In this document: positions 1-9,305 of the stretch, piece after piece
Position numbering within the stretch: the stretch's first letter is position 1
Layout of the letters: every line of letters starts with the position of its first letter
Origin: Planctomycetota bacterium
GTDB lineage: Bacteria; Planctomycetota; Planctomycetia; Pirellulales; UBA1268
Length of the DNA: 40,192 bases
Direction of reading: 5' to 3'
NCBI GenBank assembly: GCA_016872925.1
Contig: VGYR01000002.1
Location: 1-40,192 of the forward strand
Position numbers and translations under genes: made by a program
The notes under the pieces: model-generated
Seen by the model: only the letters and a program-made list of their open reading frames with translations
Database searches by the model: none
Told to the model about the DNA's origin: nothing

Positions 1-98
1 AAGTGGCGCCAACCGAAATCAAGCGATTCGTCGGGGATTTCGAGTTTTTTTATGCGCTCAGCGCGAATCGCGCAAGTCCAAATTCGCTTGGATAAGGA

Positions 99-920
99 CT
101 AGAACGCGCCGATGTCGTCGGCCGTCACTCGCCGCGGCGTCGGTCGGGGAGCCGCGGGCGTGAGTGGGCGAGCCATGGCGGGCGACCTGATCGAGGGCTG
201 CAGGCCACCCCCCGGCACCCCGCCACGGCCGAGCGTGGGCCTCGGCATACCGGCATTGAGGTCGGGCTTGGGCGTGATCGTGCCGTATCCCGGTCGCGCC
301 CCGGGGCGCGACGGCGCCAGGGACGACCACGGCCGCGCAGATCCGGCATCCGCTCCCGACGTCCGTGCGCCGGCCCGCTGCGTTGCCGATCGCGCCGTTC
401 CGCTCTTCACCGGGCTTGCGTCCGGCACCCGGGTTCCGGGCAGGGCGGGCTCGCCGGCTCCCTTCCGCCTCCGCCTCACCGGCGGGTCGACCACCGGGGA
501 ATAATTCGGCTGCGGCGCTTCCGCAGCGGCGTTTCCTTCGGAGGCGGCCCGCGGCTTCCCGGTGAGCGGGTCGATCTCCATGCCGGCCTCCAACTCCTGC
601 CGCGTCCGCTTCATCCGCGCCCGCGCGACGGCGGCTTCGTTGACGTCGAGCGTGCCGTTGAAGTCGAGGTCGAACTCCCGGATGAGCTCTTCGCGAGACG
701 CTGGCCCGGCGGCCGGCGGCGGCGCGGTGTCGCGGCTGCGGAGCCCGCCGGTGGGATCGATCTCTTCGGTCGCCTGGCCGCGGCACGGCGATCCGGCCGC
801 CTGCAGCCCTGCCATCAGGGCGACCGCGACGAGCACGCCTCCACGCCGCAGGCGGTCACGATGTCGTTTCGAAGCGTCCACGAAAGTGCCTCCGGTTCGA
901 TGGACACGATTCCCGTGCAA
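99..920 (-). CDS. Putative secreted protein or lipoprotein with one canonical EF-hand Ca2+-binding loop. The rest is Pro/Ala/Gly/Arg-rich low complexity.
   Basis: The N-terminus (RRGGVLVAVALMAGLQAAGSPC) looks like a signal or lipoprotein peptide. DLDFNGTLDVNE (codons 636..671, minus strand) fits the 12-residue EF-hand loop pattern DxDxNGxxDxxE. The gene starts 9 nt downstream of the ABC ATPase stop. The low-complexity C-terminal half keeps confidence moderate. Confidence 0.5.
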   Translation of the reverse strand: MHGNRVHRTGGTFVDASKRHRDRLRRGGVLVAVALMAGLQAAGSPCRGQATEEIDPTGGLRSRDTAPPPAAGPASREELIREFDLDFNGTLDVNEAAVARARMKRTRQELEAGMEIDPLTGKPRAASEGNAAAEAPQPNYSPVVDPPVRRRRKGAGEPALPGTRVPDASPVKSGTARSATQRAGARTSGADAGSARPWSSLAPSRPGARPGYGTITPKPDLNAGMPRPTLGRGGVPGGGLQPSIRSPAMARPLTPAAPRPTPRRVTADDIGAF

Positions 921-929
921 AGACCTCCC

Positions 930-1997
930 TCATCCTACCCCCCCGCCATCCGCCGCCGCCACTGCCGCGGCCAGCCGCTCCGCGGCACGCCGGGCGTCAC
1001 CTCCGGACTCGGCCAGCAGCCGAGCGGCGACGTGGCAGTGCACGACGTGTCGGTCGATCTGCGTGGCCGGTGGATCGAGTTCGCGGCAGGCCTGCTCCGC
1101 CAGCGGGCAGCGCGGATGAAACCGGCAGCCGCCCGGGGGCCTGGCGGGGCTCGGCACGTCGCCGGGGAGCAGCACGCGCCGCCGCCGACGCCGGGGGTCG
1201 ACGGTCGGCACCGCCGAGAACAACGCCACGGTGTAGGGATGCAGCGGTGCCCGGCGGAGTTCTCCCGCGGCCGCCTGCTCGACGATCCGGCCGAGGTACA
1301 TCACGGCAACTTCGTCGGCCACGTATTCGACCGCAGCCAGATCGTGAGAGATGAACAGGTACGTGAGCCCGAGCCGGTCGCGGAGTTCGACCAGCAGGTT
1401 GAGCACCTGCGCCTGGATCGAGACGTCGAGGGCGGAGATCGGTTCGTCGAGGGCCACGAACTCGGGCTCGAGGACCAGCGCCCGCGCGATCGCGATCCGC
1501 TGCCGCTGGCCGCCGGAGAACTCGTGCGGGTAGCGGTCGAGGGCGGCCGCCGGCATGCCCGTGCGGTCGAGGGCCGCCTGCATGCGTCGCAGCCGGTCGG
1601 CCGCATCGCCGAGCCGATGGATCAGAAGACCCTCCTCGAGAATGCTCCGGACGGTCATCCGCGGGTTCAGCGAGCCATACGGATCCTGGAACACGATCTG
1701 CATCCGCCGGCGGAGCGCCCGCAGTTCGGCGGCCTTGACCGCGGTCACGTCCCGGCCGGCGACCTCGACGCGGCCTGCCGTGGGCTCGATCAGCCTGAGG
1801 ATGCTCCGGCCCACGGTCGTCTTGCCGCAGCCGCTCTCGCCGACCAGGCCGAGCGTCCGGCCGCGATCGATCCGGAAACTCACCCCGTCGACCGCCCGAA
1901 CCGCCCCCACCTGCCGCCGCAGCAGGCCGCGGCGAATCGGAAAGTGAACCTGGAGGCCGTCCACGCGCACCAATGCCGGCTGGATGGAAGTCGTCAT
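930..1997 (-). CDS. Peptide/nickel-family ABC transporter ATP-binding protein (OppF/DppF-like)
   Basis: Walker A is GESGCGKTT, the ABC signature is FSGGQRQR, and Walker B is [10 protein letters not shown]. The C-terminal oligopeptide-transporter tail is HPYT...CRFHPRCP. I chose the start at MTTSIQ (ATG at 1997) rather than the Arg-rich N-terminal extension of ORF 930..2660. ATGA overlaps the upstream ATPase stop. Confidence 0.9.
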   Translation of the reverse strand: MTTSIQPALVRVDGLQVHFPIRRGLLRRQVGAVRAVDGVSFRIDRGRTLGLVGESGCGKTTVGRSILRLIEPTAGRVEVAGRDVTAVKAAELRALRRRMQIVFQDPYGSLNPRMTVRSILEEGLLIHRLGDAADRLRRMQAALDRTGMPAAALDRYPHEFSGGQRQRIAIARALVLEPEFVALDEPISALDVSIQAQVLNLLVELRDRLGLTYLFISHDLAAVEYVADEVAVMYLGRIVEQAAAGELRRAPLHPYTVALFSAVPTVDPRRRRRRVLLPGDVPSPARPPGGCRFHPRCPLAEQACRELDPPATQIDRHVVHCHVAARLLAESGGDARRAAERLAAAVAAADGGGVG

Positions 1998-3034
1998 GCG
2001 AACCGCACCTCGACTGCGGCCGGATGCGGCTCGCCAAGCCGCTCCGCGTAGTGGCAGCGGACGAAGTGGCCCGGCTCGACCTCGAGAAGCTCCGGGGCCG
2101 GCGCCTCGCAGGCGGGCCCTTCCGGGGTGGCGGCGGCACGGGCGTGGCCGCAGCGCGGATGAAAGCGGCAGCCGACGGGAAACCGCTGCGGCGCCGGAAC
2201 CATGCCCGGAATCGTCCGCAGTGGAGCCCGGCCGGCGGCATCCGGATCCGGCCGCGCCGCGAGCAGTCCGATGGTGTAGGGATGGAGCGGTCGGGCGAAG
2301 AGGACGTCGGCCGGCGCCCGCTCCACGATCCGGCCCGCATACATGACGGCCACCTCGTCGCACGTCTCCGCCACCACGCCCAGGTCGTGCGTGATCAGGA
2401 GGATCGCCGTCCCCAGGCGCCTGCGGAGGTCGCCGAGCAGGTCGAGGATCTGCGCCTGGATGGTCACATCCAGGGCCGTCGTCGGCTCGTCGGCCACGAC
2501 GAGGTCGGGCTCGCAGGCGAGCGCCATCGCGATCATCACCCGCTGCCGCATGCCCCCGGAGAGCTGGTGCGGATACTCGTCGAGCCGCTGCTCGGGGTCG
2601 GCGAGCCGGACGAGCCTGAGCATTTCCAGGGCCCGCGCCCGGGCAGCGCCGCGGCTGCACGCCCGATGGAGCAGCACCGCCTCGGCGATTTGATCCCCCA
2701 CCGTAAACACCGGATTGAGGCTTGTCATCGGCTCCTGGAAGATCATCCCGATCCTTCCGCCGCGGACCCGCCGCAGGTCGGAGTCCGGCAGGGTGACGAG
2801 GTCGACCGGGCCGGCCGGGGAGTCCAGCAGGATCGATCCGGTCTCGATCCTGCCCGGCGCAGCGACCAGCCGGAGGATCGACATGGCCGTCACGCTCTTG
2901 CCGCAGCCGCTTTCGCCGACCAGTCCCAGGGTCCGGCCGCGATCGATCGACAGCGACACGCCGTCGACGGCCGGCACCCGGCCGTCGGTGGTGTGGAATG
3001 CGGTCACGAGATCGCGGATCTCGAACAGCGGCAT
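1994..3034 (-). CDS. Peptide/nickel-family ABC transporter ATP-binding protein (OppD/DppD-like)
   Basis: Walker A is GESGCGKS, the ABC signature is LSGGMRQR, and Walker B is [10 protein letters not shown]. The tail is HPYT...CRFHPRC. The start at MPLFEIRDL (ATG at 3034) lies 2 nt after the upstream permease stop. Confidence 0.9.
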   Translation of the reverse strand: MPLFEIRDLVTAFHTTDGRVPAVDGVSLSIDRGRTLGLVGESGCGKSVTAMSILRLVAAPGRIETGSILLDSPAGPVDLVTLPDSDLRRVRGGRIGMIFQEPMTSLNPVFTVGDQIAEAVLLHRACSRGAARARALEMLRLVRLADPEQRLDEYPHQLSGGMRQRVMIAMALACEPDLVVADEPTTALDVTIQAQILDLLGDLRRRLGTAILLITHDLGVVAETCDEVAVMYAGRIVERAPADVLFARPLHPYTIGLLAARPDPDAAGRAPLRTIPGMVPAPQRFPVGCRFHPRCGHARAAATPEGPACEAPAPELLEVEPGHFVRCHYAERLGEPHPAAVEVRFA

Positions 3035-3036
3035 GG

Positions 3037-4101
3037 CTACTTCCTCGCCTCCCGGAGCCGCGGGTCGGTCGCCTCCTGGAGCCCCTCGCCGACGAGGTTG
3101 TAGGCGAGCACGGTCAGGAAGATCGCCACGCCCGGAAACACGACCAGCCACCACATGCCCAGGTTGGAGCGGGCACCGTTGAGGATCGAGCCCCAGCTCG
3201 CTGTCGGCGGAGGCGAGCCGAAGCCGAGGAAGGAGAGCCCGCTCTCCACGAGAATCGCCGCGGCGATCCCGAAGGTGATCGGCACCAGGATCGGAGCCAG
3301 CGCGTTGGGAAGGATGTGCCGGAGCATGATCCGCACCGGACCGGCTCCAGCGGCCCGCGCCGCGGTCACGTATTCGGCCCCCTTGAGCCGCAGGAACTCA
3401 CCCCGCGTGAGCCGGGCGATCCCGGTCCACCCCGTGAACCCGATGATCGCCATGGTGTGCCAGATCGTCGGCTTCTCGATGATCGCCATGATGGCGAGGA
3501 TCAGCACCAGCGTGGGGACGCACATCACGATCTCCGTGATCCTGCTGGTGAGCGCGTCGACCCAGCCACCGCAGTATCCCCCCAGCGCACCGACCACGAT
3601 GCCGATCGTGCCCGCGATTCCCATGGAGACGAATCCCACGAGCAGTGCCACGGTGGTGCCGTGCACCATCTTGGCGAACACGTCGACGCCCGCCTGGTCG
3701 GTTCCGAAGGGGTGCGCCCGGCTCGGCACCCCCTTGTCCATCGCGGGATTCTCGGGCCGCCCCGGCCACTCGTCCGCCCGCACGGCACGGTAGGGATCCT
3801 GGAAGACAAGCGGCCAGATCGCCCAGCTCTGCGGGTCCTTGGCGGCGAGATTCCGGGGGTAGCTGCCGCGGAACTTGTCCTTGGCGAAGATCGCCGGCTC
3901 GAGGCGGCGGTCGAAGTAGGCCAGGCACGGCGCGTACAGGCGCCCCTTGTAGCGGCAGACCACGGGCTTGGTGCCGGCGATCGCGGGTGCGAGCACCGCC
4001 ACGGCGGCGAGGCCGACGACGAACAACAGCGCGGCCATGGCCAGCGGCCGCCGTCGGTAGCGCCGCCACGCCTGCCCCCAGAATCCGTCGACGGCTGCCA
4101 T
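3037..4101 (-). CDS. ABC transporter permease (OppC/DppC-like) with an extended loop after the first TM helix
   Basis: The BPD-transporter EAA-like region is [22 protein letters not shown], and several hydrophobic helices are visible. The start at [15 protein letters not shown] (ATG at 4101) overlaps the upstream permease stop by 1 nt (TGATG). Confidence 0.88.
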   Translation of the reverse strand: MAAVDGFWGQAWRRYRRRPLAMAALLFVVGLAAVAVLAPAIAGTKPVVCRYKGRLYAPCLAYFDRRLEPAIFAKDKFRGSYPRNLAAKDPQSWAIWPLVFQDPYRAVRADEWPGRPENPAMDKGVPSRAHPFGTDQAGVDVFAKMVHGTTVALLVGFVSMGIAGTIGIVVGALGGYCGGWVDALTSRITEIVMCVPTLVLILAIMAIIEKPTIWHTMAIIGFTGWTGIARLTRGEFLRLKGAEYVTAARAAGAGPVRIMLRHILPNALAPILVPITFGIAAAILVESGLSFLGFGSPPPTASWGSILNGARSNLGMWWLVVFPGVAIFLTVLAYNLVGEGLQEATDPRLREARK

Positions 4102-5087
4102 CACTCCACGCTCACCCTCGGATCGACGGCGGAATAGAGCAGGTCCGCGAGCAGCTGCCCGAGGAGCGTCAGCACGCTGAACATCAGCGTCAGTCCCATG
4201 ATCGTCGGGTAGTCGCGTTCCCGGATGCTCTCGAAGAACAGCCTTCCCATCCCGGGCCAGGTGAAGATCTGCTCGATGATGATCGAGCCGCCGACGAGCG
4301 CGGGCAGCGACAGCCCCAGCAGGGTGACGAGCGGAATGAGCGTGTTGCGAAAGGCATGCCGCACGAGCACCCGCCACGGCCCCGCCCCCTTGGCGCGGGC
4401 GGTGCGGATGTAATCCTGCCGGACGGCCTCGGCCATCGTGGCCCTGATGAACCGCGTGTCGTAGGCCAGGCTCACGTACGTCTGGCAGACGACCGGCAGG
4501 ATCATGTGGCGGGCGACGTCGACGATCCGCGCCGCCAGCGGGGCGTCGGGGGGCAGGCTCGTCATCCCGAACAACGGCAGCTCCCAGGCCGTGCCCTTGC
4601 TCCACACGGAAAACACGATCTGCAGCAGCAGGGCGGCCACGAAGGTGGGAAACGAGTAGAGCGCGTAGAGCACGAGGCTGACTCCGCGCTCATCGACCGT
4701 GCCCGCGCGGGCCGAGGCGTAGAGGCCCAGTGGGATCGCCAGCATCCAGATGAGCAGGAACGCCGTGCCCGACACGAGCAGCGTGGGCCCGAGCCGCTCG
4801 CCGATCAGGGTGGTGACGGGCTGCTTGCGGGTGATGGAACGGCCGAGATCGCCGCGGAGCAGGTTCCCGGCCCACTGCAGGTAGCCCTCCGGCCACGACC
4901 GGTCGAGCCCGTAGGCCCGCTGCATCCGCTCGTAGTCGGCGGCGCTGACCTTGCGGCTCGGATCCTCGCCCAGTTGGGCGGTCAGCGGATTGCCCGGCAT
5001 GGACCGGGCCAGCCCATAGACGACCACGGTGATCGCCACCAGCGTCACGCAGCCCAGCAACAGCCGCCGCAGCAGGTACGTCGCCAT
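4101..5087 (-). CDS. ABC transporter permease (OppB/DppB-like)
   Basis: MATYLLRRLL is a typical OppB/DppB N-terminus. The EAA-like motif is TARAKGAGPWRVLVRHAFRNTLIP, and the C-terminus ends in the typical DPRV. The gene starts 3 nt after the SBP stop. Confidence 0.9.
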   Translation of the reverse strand: MATYLLRRLLLGCVTLVAITVVVYGLARSMPGNPLTAQLGEDPSRKVSAADYERMQRAYGLDRSWPEGYLQWAGNLLRGDLGRSITRKQPVTTLIGERLGPTLLVSGTAFLLIWMLAIPLGLYASARAGTVDERGVSLVLYALYSFPTFVAALLLQIVFSVWSKGTAWELPLFGMTSLPPDAPLAARIVDVARHMILPVVCQTYVSLAYDTRFIRATMAEAVRQDYIRTARAKGAGPWRVLVRHAFRNTLIPLVTLLGLSLPALVGGSIIIEQIFTWPGMGRLFFESIRERDYPTIMGLTLMFSVLTLLGQLLADLLYSAVDPRVSVE

Positions 5088-5090
5088 GGC

Positions 5091-7058
5091 TCACTCGGCC
5101 CGCGGCTTCCACAGGCTGCCGGAGCCAGGGGAGTAGTGAAACGGACCCCGTGGACTGAAGACGTAGCCGCGGAGGCTCTTGGAGAATCCGTAGAAGCTGT
5201 TCCGCCAAAAGAGCCAGGTGTAGGGCTGGTCGTCGTAGAGGATCTCCTGGATGCGGGCGTACTTTTCCCCGCGCCGGGACCGGTCGAGCTCCCGACGCCC
5301 CTCCGCGAAGAGCCGGTCCACCTCGGGGTTGGAGTACCCGCTGTAGTTCCGCATCTCGCCGGTCTTCCAGATGTTTTCCGACGTGTCGGGGTCGGTGCCC
5401 GACCCCCAGCCGGAGAGGCAGGCCTGGAAGGTCCGCTTTTGCATCATCTCCTGCAAGGCCGTCACCTCCACCGGCCGCACGTTCACGATCACCCCGATCT
5501 GTTCGAGATTCTCCTTGAGAAGCGTGCAGATGGCGATGCGGAAGGGCTGCTGGTTGACCAGCATCGTGAACTCGAACGGCACGAGTTGGCCGTCGATCTC
5601 CTTGTCACGGATGCCGTCGTTGTCGTGGTCGGACCAACCCGCCTCGTCGAGCAGGGTCTCGGCCTTGTCGAGGTCCTGCTTGTAGGGGACCAGCGGCTTG
5701 GTTCCCGCCATCCACGACCCAGGGGGGAAGTTGCCGGCACAGGGCTGATACAGTCCCAGGCAGATCTTCTCCAGCATCCGGTCGTGATCGAAGGCATAGC
5801 TCATCGCCCTGCGGACGCGGCGATCCGCGAAGAACGGCTCGTCGATGTTCCAGGCGAAGTGGAAGCTCACCCATTCCGGAGCGGTGGCCTTCGTGTTGAG
5901 CTCGTAGAACCCGTCGTCCACCGTCTGCGTCGTCCACTGCTCGGGCTGCAGGATCATCTCGTCGATCTCCCCCGACTTCAGCGCCAGGAGGGCCGTGTTG
6001 GGGTCCTCGATGATCCGGAACCGCACGTCCCTGAAGTACGGTGGCTCCCGGACGACCTTCCCTTGGAACGTGCTCCAGTTGTCGCGCCGTCGCAGCACGA
6101 TCTCCTGACCCCGCTTGCGGGCCAGGATCTCGTACGGGCCGCCGCACACGGGCTTCTCTTCGAGGGCCACGTGTTCCGGACTGTCCTTGAGCGTCGGGTC
6201 CTCTTCCCAGGTGCTCGCGTAGATGTGCCGGGGCAGGACCGGGAAGTTGATGTTCCAGATGTTCGTCGCCAGGGGTTCCTTGTGGAAGAAGACGAGCGTG
6301 TGGTCGTCGTAGGCGTGCACGCCCTTCAACTGATCCGTTCCACTCCGCACCGCGGGCACCGGCACGCGGGGATCCATGATCACGCGGTACGTGAAGGCGA
6401 TGTCGTGAGCCGTGATCGGCGTGCCGTCGCTCCAGACGAGGTCGTCCCGCATCACGATCCTGTCGTACAGGCCATCGGCGCTCGTCTGCCAGCTGACGAC
6501 GGTCTCGGCACTGGCAAACGGCTCGAGGGCACGGTCGAAGGAAAACAGCCCGAACCCGGTCAGGCCGAGGATGTCGAACTCGGCGCTGGAGCTGATCAGG
6601 ATCGGATTGGTGCTGCTGAGGTCGCCGGTGACGTGCCGGTCGAGCCGGGCCGAGGAATCGGCCGCCCCCGGTTCCGGCAGCCTGCCGAGGGCGGAGAGGA
6701 TCTTGGCGTTGGCCTCCGGGGAGTCGTTCCGCAGCGCCAGCGCCTCGGCGACGCTGGCGAGCACCGGCTCCTTCGCCTGCTGCTCACGGAGCACCGCCAG
6801 GCCTTGCTTGACCGGCCGGTCGATCCACTTCGCATCCCGGTCGAGATCCGCCAGAGACGGCGGGAGAAACGTCGCCTCGGCCGGTGCCGCTGGCCCCGGC
6901 TCCGGTGGCATCACCGGGGCCGCCGGTGATTCCGGCTCCGCCACCAGCCGAGGCTTCTCGCTCCGGCCACAGCCGACGACGGCGACCGCCACGCCGGCGG
7001 CCAGCAGGCACCTCCAGCCGGCCGGACCATGCGGATGCCGAGGGAGAAACAGGGGCAT
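5091..7058 (-). CDS. ABC transporter substrate-binding lipoprotein, family 5 (OppA/DppA-like)
   Basis: The signal peptide carries a lipobox (VAVAVVGCG). At 655 aa the length and sequence (e.g. FAWNIDEPFFADRRVRRAMSYAFD) are typical of SBP_bac_5. A GGAGG Shine-Dalgarno-like sequence lies about 7 nt upstream of the ATG. It is the first gene of a five-gene tightly packed operon. Confidence 0.88.
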   Translation of the reverse strand: MPLFLPRHPHGPAGWRCLLAAGVAVAVVGCGRSEKPRLVAEPESPAAPVMPPEPGPAAPAEATFLPPSLADLDRDAKWIDRPVKQGLAVLREQQAKEPVLASVAEALALRNDSPEANAKILSALGRLPEPGAADSSARLDRHVTGDLSSTNPILISSSAEFDILGLTGFGLFSFDRALEPFASAETVVSWQTSADGLYDRIVMRDDLVWSDGTPITAHDIAFTYRVIMDPRVPVPAVRSGTDQLKGVHAYDDHTLVFFHKEPLATNIWNINFPVLPRHIYASTWEEDPTLKDSPEHVALEEKPVCGGPYEILARKRGQEIVLRRRDNWSTFQGKVVREPPYFRDVRFRIIEDPNTALLALKSGEIDEMILQPEQWTTQTVDDGFYELNTKATAPEWVSFHFAWNIDEPFFADRRVRRAMSYAFDHDRMLEKICLGLYQPCAGNFPPGSWMAGTKPLVPYKQDLDKAETLLDEAGWSDHDNDGIRDKEIDGQLVPFEFTMLVNQQPFRIAICTLLKENLEQIGVIVNVRPVEVTALQEMMQKRTFQACLSGWGSGTDPDTSENIWKTGEMRNYSGYSNPEVDRLFAEGRRELDRSRRGEKYARIQEILYDDQPYTWLFWRNSFYGFSKSLRGYVFSPRGPFHYSPGSGSLWKPRAE

Positions 7059-7136
7059 CGAGCGCCTCCGCGGCCGGAAGAAAACCTGGATGCTACGCGT
7101 CCGCGCGGCATCGGGTCAACTTGGGCGGCGCCGCGT

Positions 7137-8345
7137 TCAGTCGGGAAACTTGTGCCCCAGCTTCTCGCGCTTCGTGGCGAGATACCGCTCGTTGAACTCG
7201 TGCACCGGCGGCAGGATCGGCACCTGGTCGACGACCTCCAGGTCATACCCGCCATAGACGAAGGCATCGACCTTCTTGGGATTGTTGGTCAGCAACCTCA
7301 CCCGTCGCAGACCGAGATCCTTCAGCAGCTGCATGCCGACGCCGTAGTCGCGGGAGTCGGCCTTGTAGCCGAGCGCCAGGTTTGCCTCGACCGTGTCGAG
7401 CCCCTGGTCCTGGAGGGCGTAGGCCTTGATCTTCTCCGCGAGGCCGATGCCCCGGCCCTCCTGCGGAAGGTAGACGAGCACGCCGCACCCCTCCCTGCCG
7501 ATCATCTCCAGGGCCATGTGCAGCTGATCACCGCAGTCGCACCTCAGGCTGGCGAGCAGGTCGCCGGTGAAGCACGATGAGTGCAGTCGCACCAGCGGTG
7601 CGTTGGCCGCGGCCACGTCGCCGAGGGTGAGCACGACCGGCTCCTGGGCCTCGAACTTGACCCCGTAGGCGATCACGCGGAATCGCCCCCACTTCGTCGG
7701 CAGGTCGGCCGCGGCGATCCGCTCGACGAGCTTCTCCCTGGTGCGGCGGTGGCTGATGAGCTGCTCGATCGAGATGATCTGCAGGCCATGCCGTGCCGCC
7801 ACGGTGAACAGGAAATCGCGGTCCGCACGATTGCCTGAGTCGTCGAGGATCTCGCAGATCACCCCCGCCGGCTGGCGGCCCGCCAGGCGGGCCAGGTCGA
7901 TCGCCGCCTCGGTGTGGCCGGCACGTCGCAGCACGCCCCCCTCCTTGGCGACCAACGGAAACAGGTGGCCCGGGCGGACGAAGTCGGCGGGCACGCTGGC
8001 CGGATCGAGGATCGCGGCGATCGTGGCCGCCCGCTCGGCCGCGGTGATGCCGGTCTTCACCGAGCGGTGGTCGACGGGCACCGTGAAGGCCGTGCCGAGC
8101 GGGGCGGAGTTGGCAGCCACCATCATCGGCAGGTCGAGCCGCCGCGCGACGTCGGGCAGGATCGACATGCAGACCTGGCCGCGGCCCTCCCGGATCATGA
8201 AGTTGACCACCTCGGTGGCACAGGAGTCGGCGGCGCAGACGAAGTCTCCCTCGTTCTCCCGATCCTCGTCGTCGGCCACGATCACGATCTCGCCGCGGCC
8301 GAAGGCGGCGACGGCGGCCTCGACGGTGGAGAAGCGGGCGGGCAT
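7137..8345 (-). CDS. ribBA: Bifunctional 3,4-dihydroxy-2-butanone-4-phosphate synthase / GTP cyclohydrolase II
   Basis: The N-terminal half carries DHBP-synthase motifs (DDEDRENEGDF, RAGHTEA). The C-terminal half carries the GTP cyclohydrolase II Zn-binding motif (HSSCFTGDLLASLRCDCG) plus YLPQEGRGIGL. I chose the start at MPARFSTVEAA (8345); an alternative ATG lies at 8384. Confidence 0.92.
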   Translation of the reverse strand: MPARFSTVEAAVAAFGRGEIVIVADDEDRENEGDFVCAADSCATEVVNFMIREGRGQVCMSILPDVARRLDLPMMVAANSAPLGTAFTVPVDHRSVKTGITAAERAATIAAILDPASVPADFVRPGHLFPLVAKEGGVLRRAGHTEAAIDLARLAGRQPAGVICEILDDSGNRADRDFLFTVAARHGLQIISIEQLISHRRTREKLVERIAAADLPTKWGRFRVIAYGVKFEAQEPVVLTLGDVAAANAPLVRLHSSCFTGDLLASLRCDCGDQLHMALEMIGREGCGVLVYLPQEGRGIGLAEKIKAYALQDQGLDTVEANLALGYKADSRDYGVGMQLLKDLGLRRVRLLTNNPKKVDAFVYGGYDLEVVDQVPILPPVHEFNERYLATKREKLGHKFPD

Positions 8346-8382
8346 GACGGTCTCGGGGTTCGGTGCGGGACGCACCCGTTGC

Positions 8383-8388
8383 ATTATA
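8383..8388 (-). promoter_or_regulatory. Candidate -10 box (perfect TATAAT on the minus strand) upstream of ribBA
   Basis: Plus-strand 'attata' at 8383..8388 reads TATAAT on the ribBA strand, about 38 nt upstream of the ATG. It sits in the only AT-richer patch of the 105-nt divergent intergenic region. A 6-bp GC hairpin (ggtgcg/cgcacc, 8362..8376) follows it in the leader. I found no convincing -35 element. Confidence 0.35.
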
Positions 8389-8450
8389 GGATGCTCCGAG
8401 CGTCCGTCCGGCGCCTCCGAGCCCTTTGCCCCGCGGGGAACTCCACCGCC

Positions 8451-9305
8451 ATGCTCGACCGTGAGGAATACATCGAGCAGGCCTACCTGTTCCGCTCCTT
8501 CGGGGAGCGGATCGTCTCGGGCGTCGCGGCCCAGGAGGCACTCGTCGCGATCGGCCAGGAGGTGCTCGCCACGTCGAAACTGCCGATGGCGCTCGATTAC
8601 CTGGCGGGAGAGCTCCGGCTGGTCGGCACGCTGTCGACAGCGATGAAGCGGTTGGCCCACTACTTCACCCCGTTCCAGACGTTCGTGATCGCCACCGCGG
8701 AGGAGGAGGGGGGGCGATTCGACATGCGCACGGCCCTGGCGATGCTCGAGCGCGAGGCGACCTACCGCGCCGAGGGGGCGACGCCCCAGGGACTGTTCCT
8801 CTATCGCTTCGAATGCCTGTCGCGGAATCGCCTCGACTACGCGCGCGGCCTGGTGGCCACCGCCGACGACGCGATGTTCGACGCCGAGTGGCGGGCCTGG
8901 ATCGGCATGGTGTCTCGGCAGGTGGGCCTGATCGACCTCGCCGACCTCGTGTACGTCCGCAGCCCGGAGTACTGGCGGCTGGAGAAGCGGGAGGCGCTCG
9001 TGGCCGGCCGCACCGCGCCGGAGCCCGACCGGGCGATCTTGTTCGGCGAGAAGGAGGGGCGGATCGCCCGGGCCAACCGCGGCAAGGATCCGCTGTTCTT
9101 CTTCGCCGCCCTCCAGCGGCAGCTCGGCTACCCGGCCGTCCCGCGCGTCCAGCCGCTCGCCCCGTCCGCCGAGTCGCCCGCCCTCCTGGCGCGGAGGCTC
9201 GAGCGGCTCGAGATGCGGGTCAAGCTCCTGGAAGAGGAGGCGCGGGGCGGGATCGACCTGACCCGCTTCGATCCCAAGAACTTTCCGGTCACCCGCGACG
9301 AATGA
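8451..9305 (+). CDS. Conserved hypothetical protein (284 aa) with a C-terminal coiled-coil-like segment
   Basis: The sequence has coding-like, non-low-complexity composition (MLDREEYIEQAYLFRSFGERI...RLERLEMRVKLLEEEARGG). Its stop overlaps the next gene's start (ATGA at 9302..9305). I recognised no family motif. Confidence 0.7.
   Translation: MLDREEYIEQAYLFRSFGERIVSGVAAQEALVAIGQEVLATSKLPMALDYLAGELRLVGTLSTAMKRLAHYFTPFQTFVIATAEEEGGRFDMRTALAMLEREATYRAEGATPQGLFLYRFECLSRNRLDYARGLVATADDAMFDAEWRAWIGMVSRQVGLIDLADLVYVRSPEYWRLEKREALVAGRTAPEPDRAILFGEKEGRIARANRGKDPLFFFAALQRQLGYPAVPRVQPLAPSAESPALLARRLERLEMRVKLLEEEARGGIDLTRFDPKNFPVTRDE

Noticed and set aside
36-75. A T7 run next to GC palindromes (gcgctcagcgc / gcgcgaatcgcgc) near the left edge, considered as a rho-independent terminator.
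   Set aside because: On the plus strand the T-run precedes the palindromes. On the minus strand, which is downstream of the EF-hand gene, the stems are followed by an A-run. Neither orientation gives a hairpin followed by a U-tract. The stems are only 4-6 bp with loops too small to form.
1998-2660. Long N-terminal extensions of real genes appear in the ORF track. Examples are 930..2660, 7137..9440, 10757..12634, 18910..20661, 20018..23401, 24531..26465 and 25844..27472.
   Set aside because: The extensions are Arg/Pro-rich, overlap the upstream gene's coding region, and precede an internal Met that matches the canonical family N-terminus. That internal Met often shows an ATGA/TGATG coupling or a Shine-Dalgarno sequence. 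I used the internal starts.
3645-6929. A very long (1094-aa) plus-strand ORF lies antisense to the oppA/oppB/oppC genes. Similar giant ORFs occur at 20159..22960 (-), 33418..36873 (+), 13565..15478 (-), 29008..31635 (-), 31544..33910 (-) and 28245..30353 (+).
   Set aside because: Their translations are dominated by Arg, Pro, Gly, His, Asp and Ala and carry no motifs. Each lies opposite or out of frame to an ORF with clear family signatures. This is the expected stop-codon-poor artefact of very GC-rich DNA.
8346-8450. A possible FMN (RFN) riboswitch upstream of ribBA.
   Set aside because: The whole divergent intergenic region is only 105 nt, and the likely -10 box is ~38 nt from the ATG. That is too short for the ~130-150-nt multi-helix RFN element, and I could not see its conserved helices. 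Only a single 6-bp hairpin is present.
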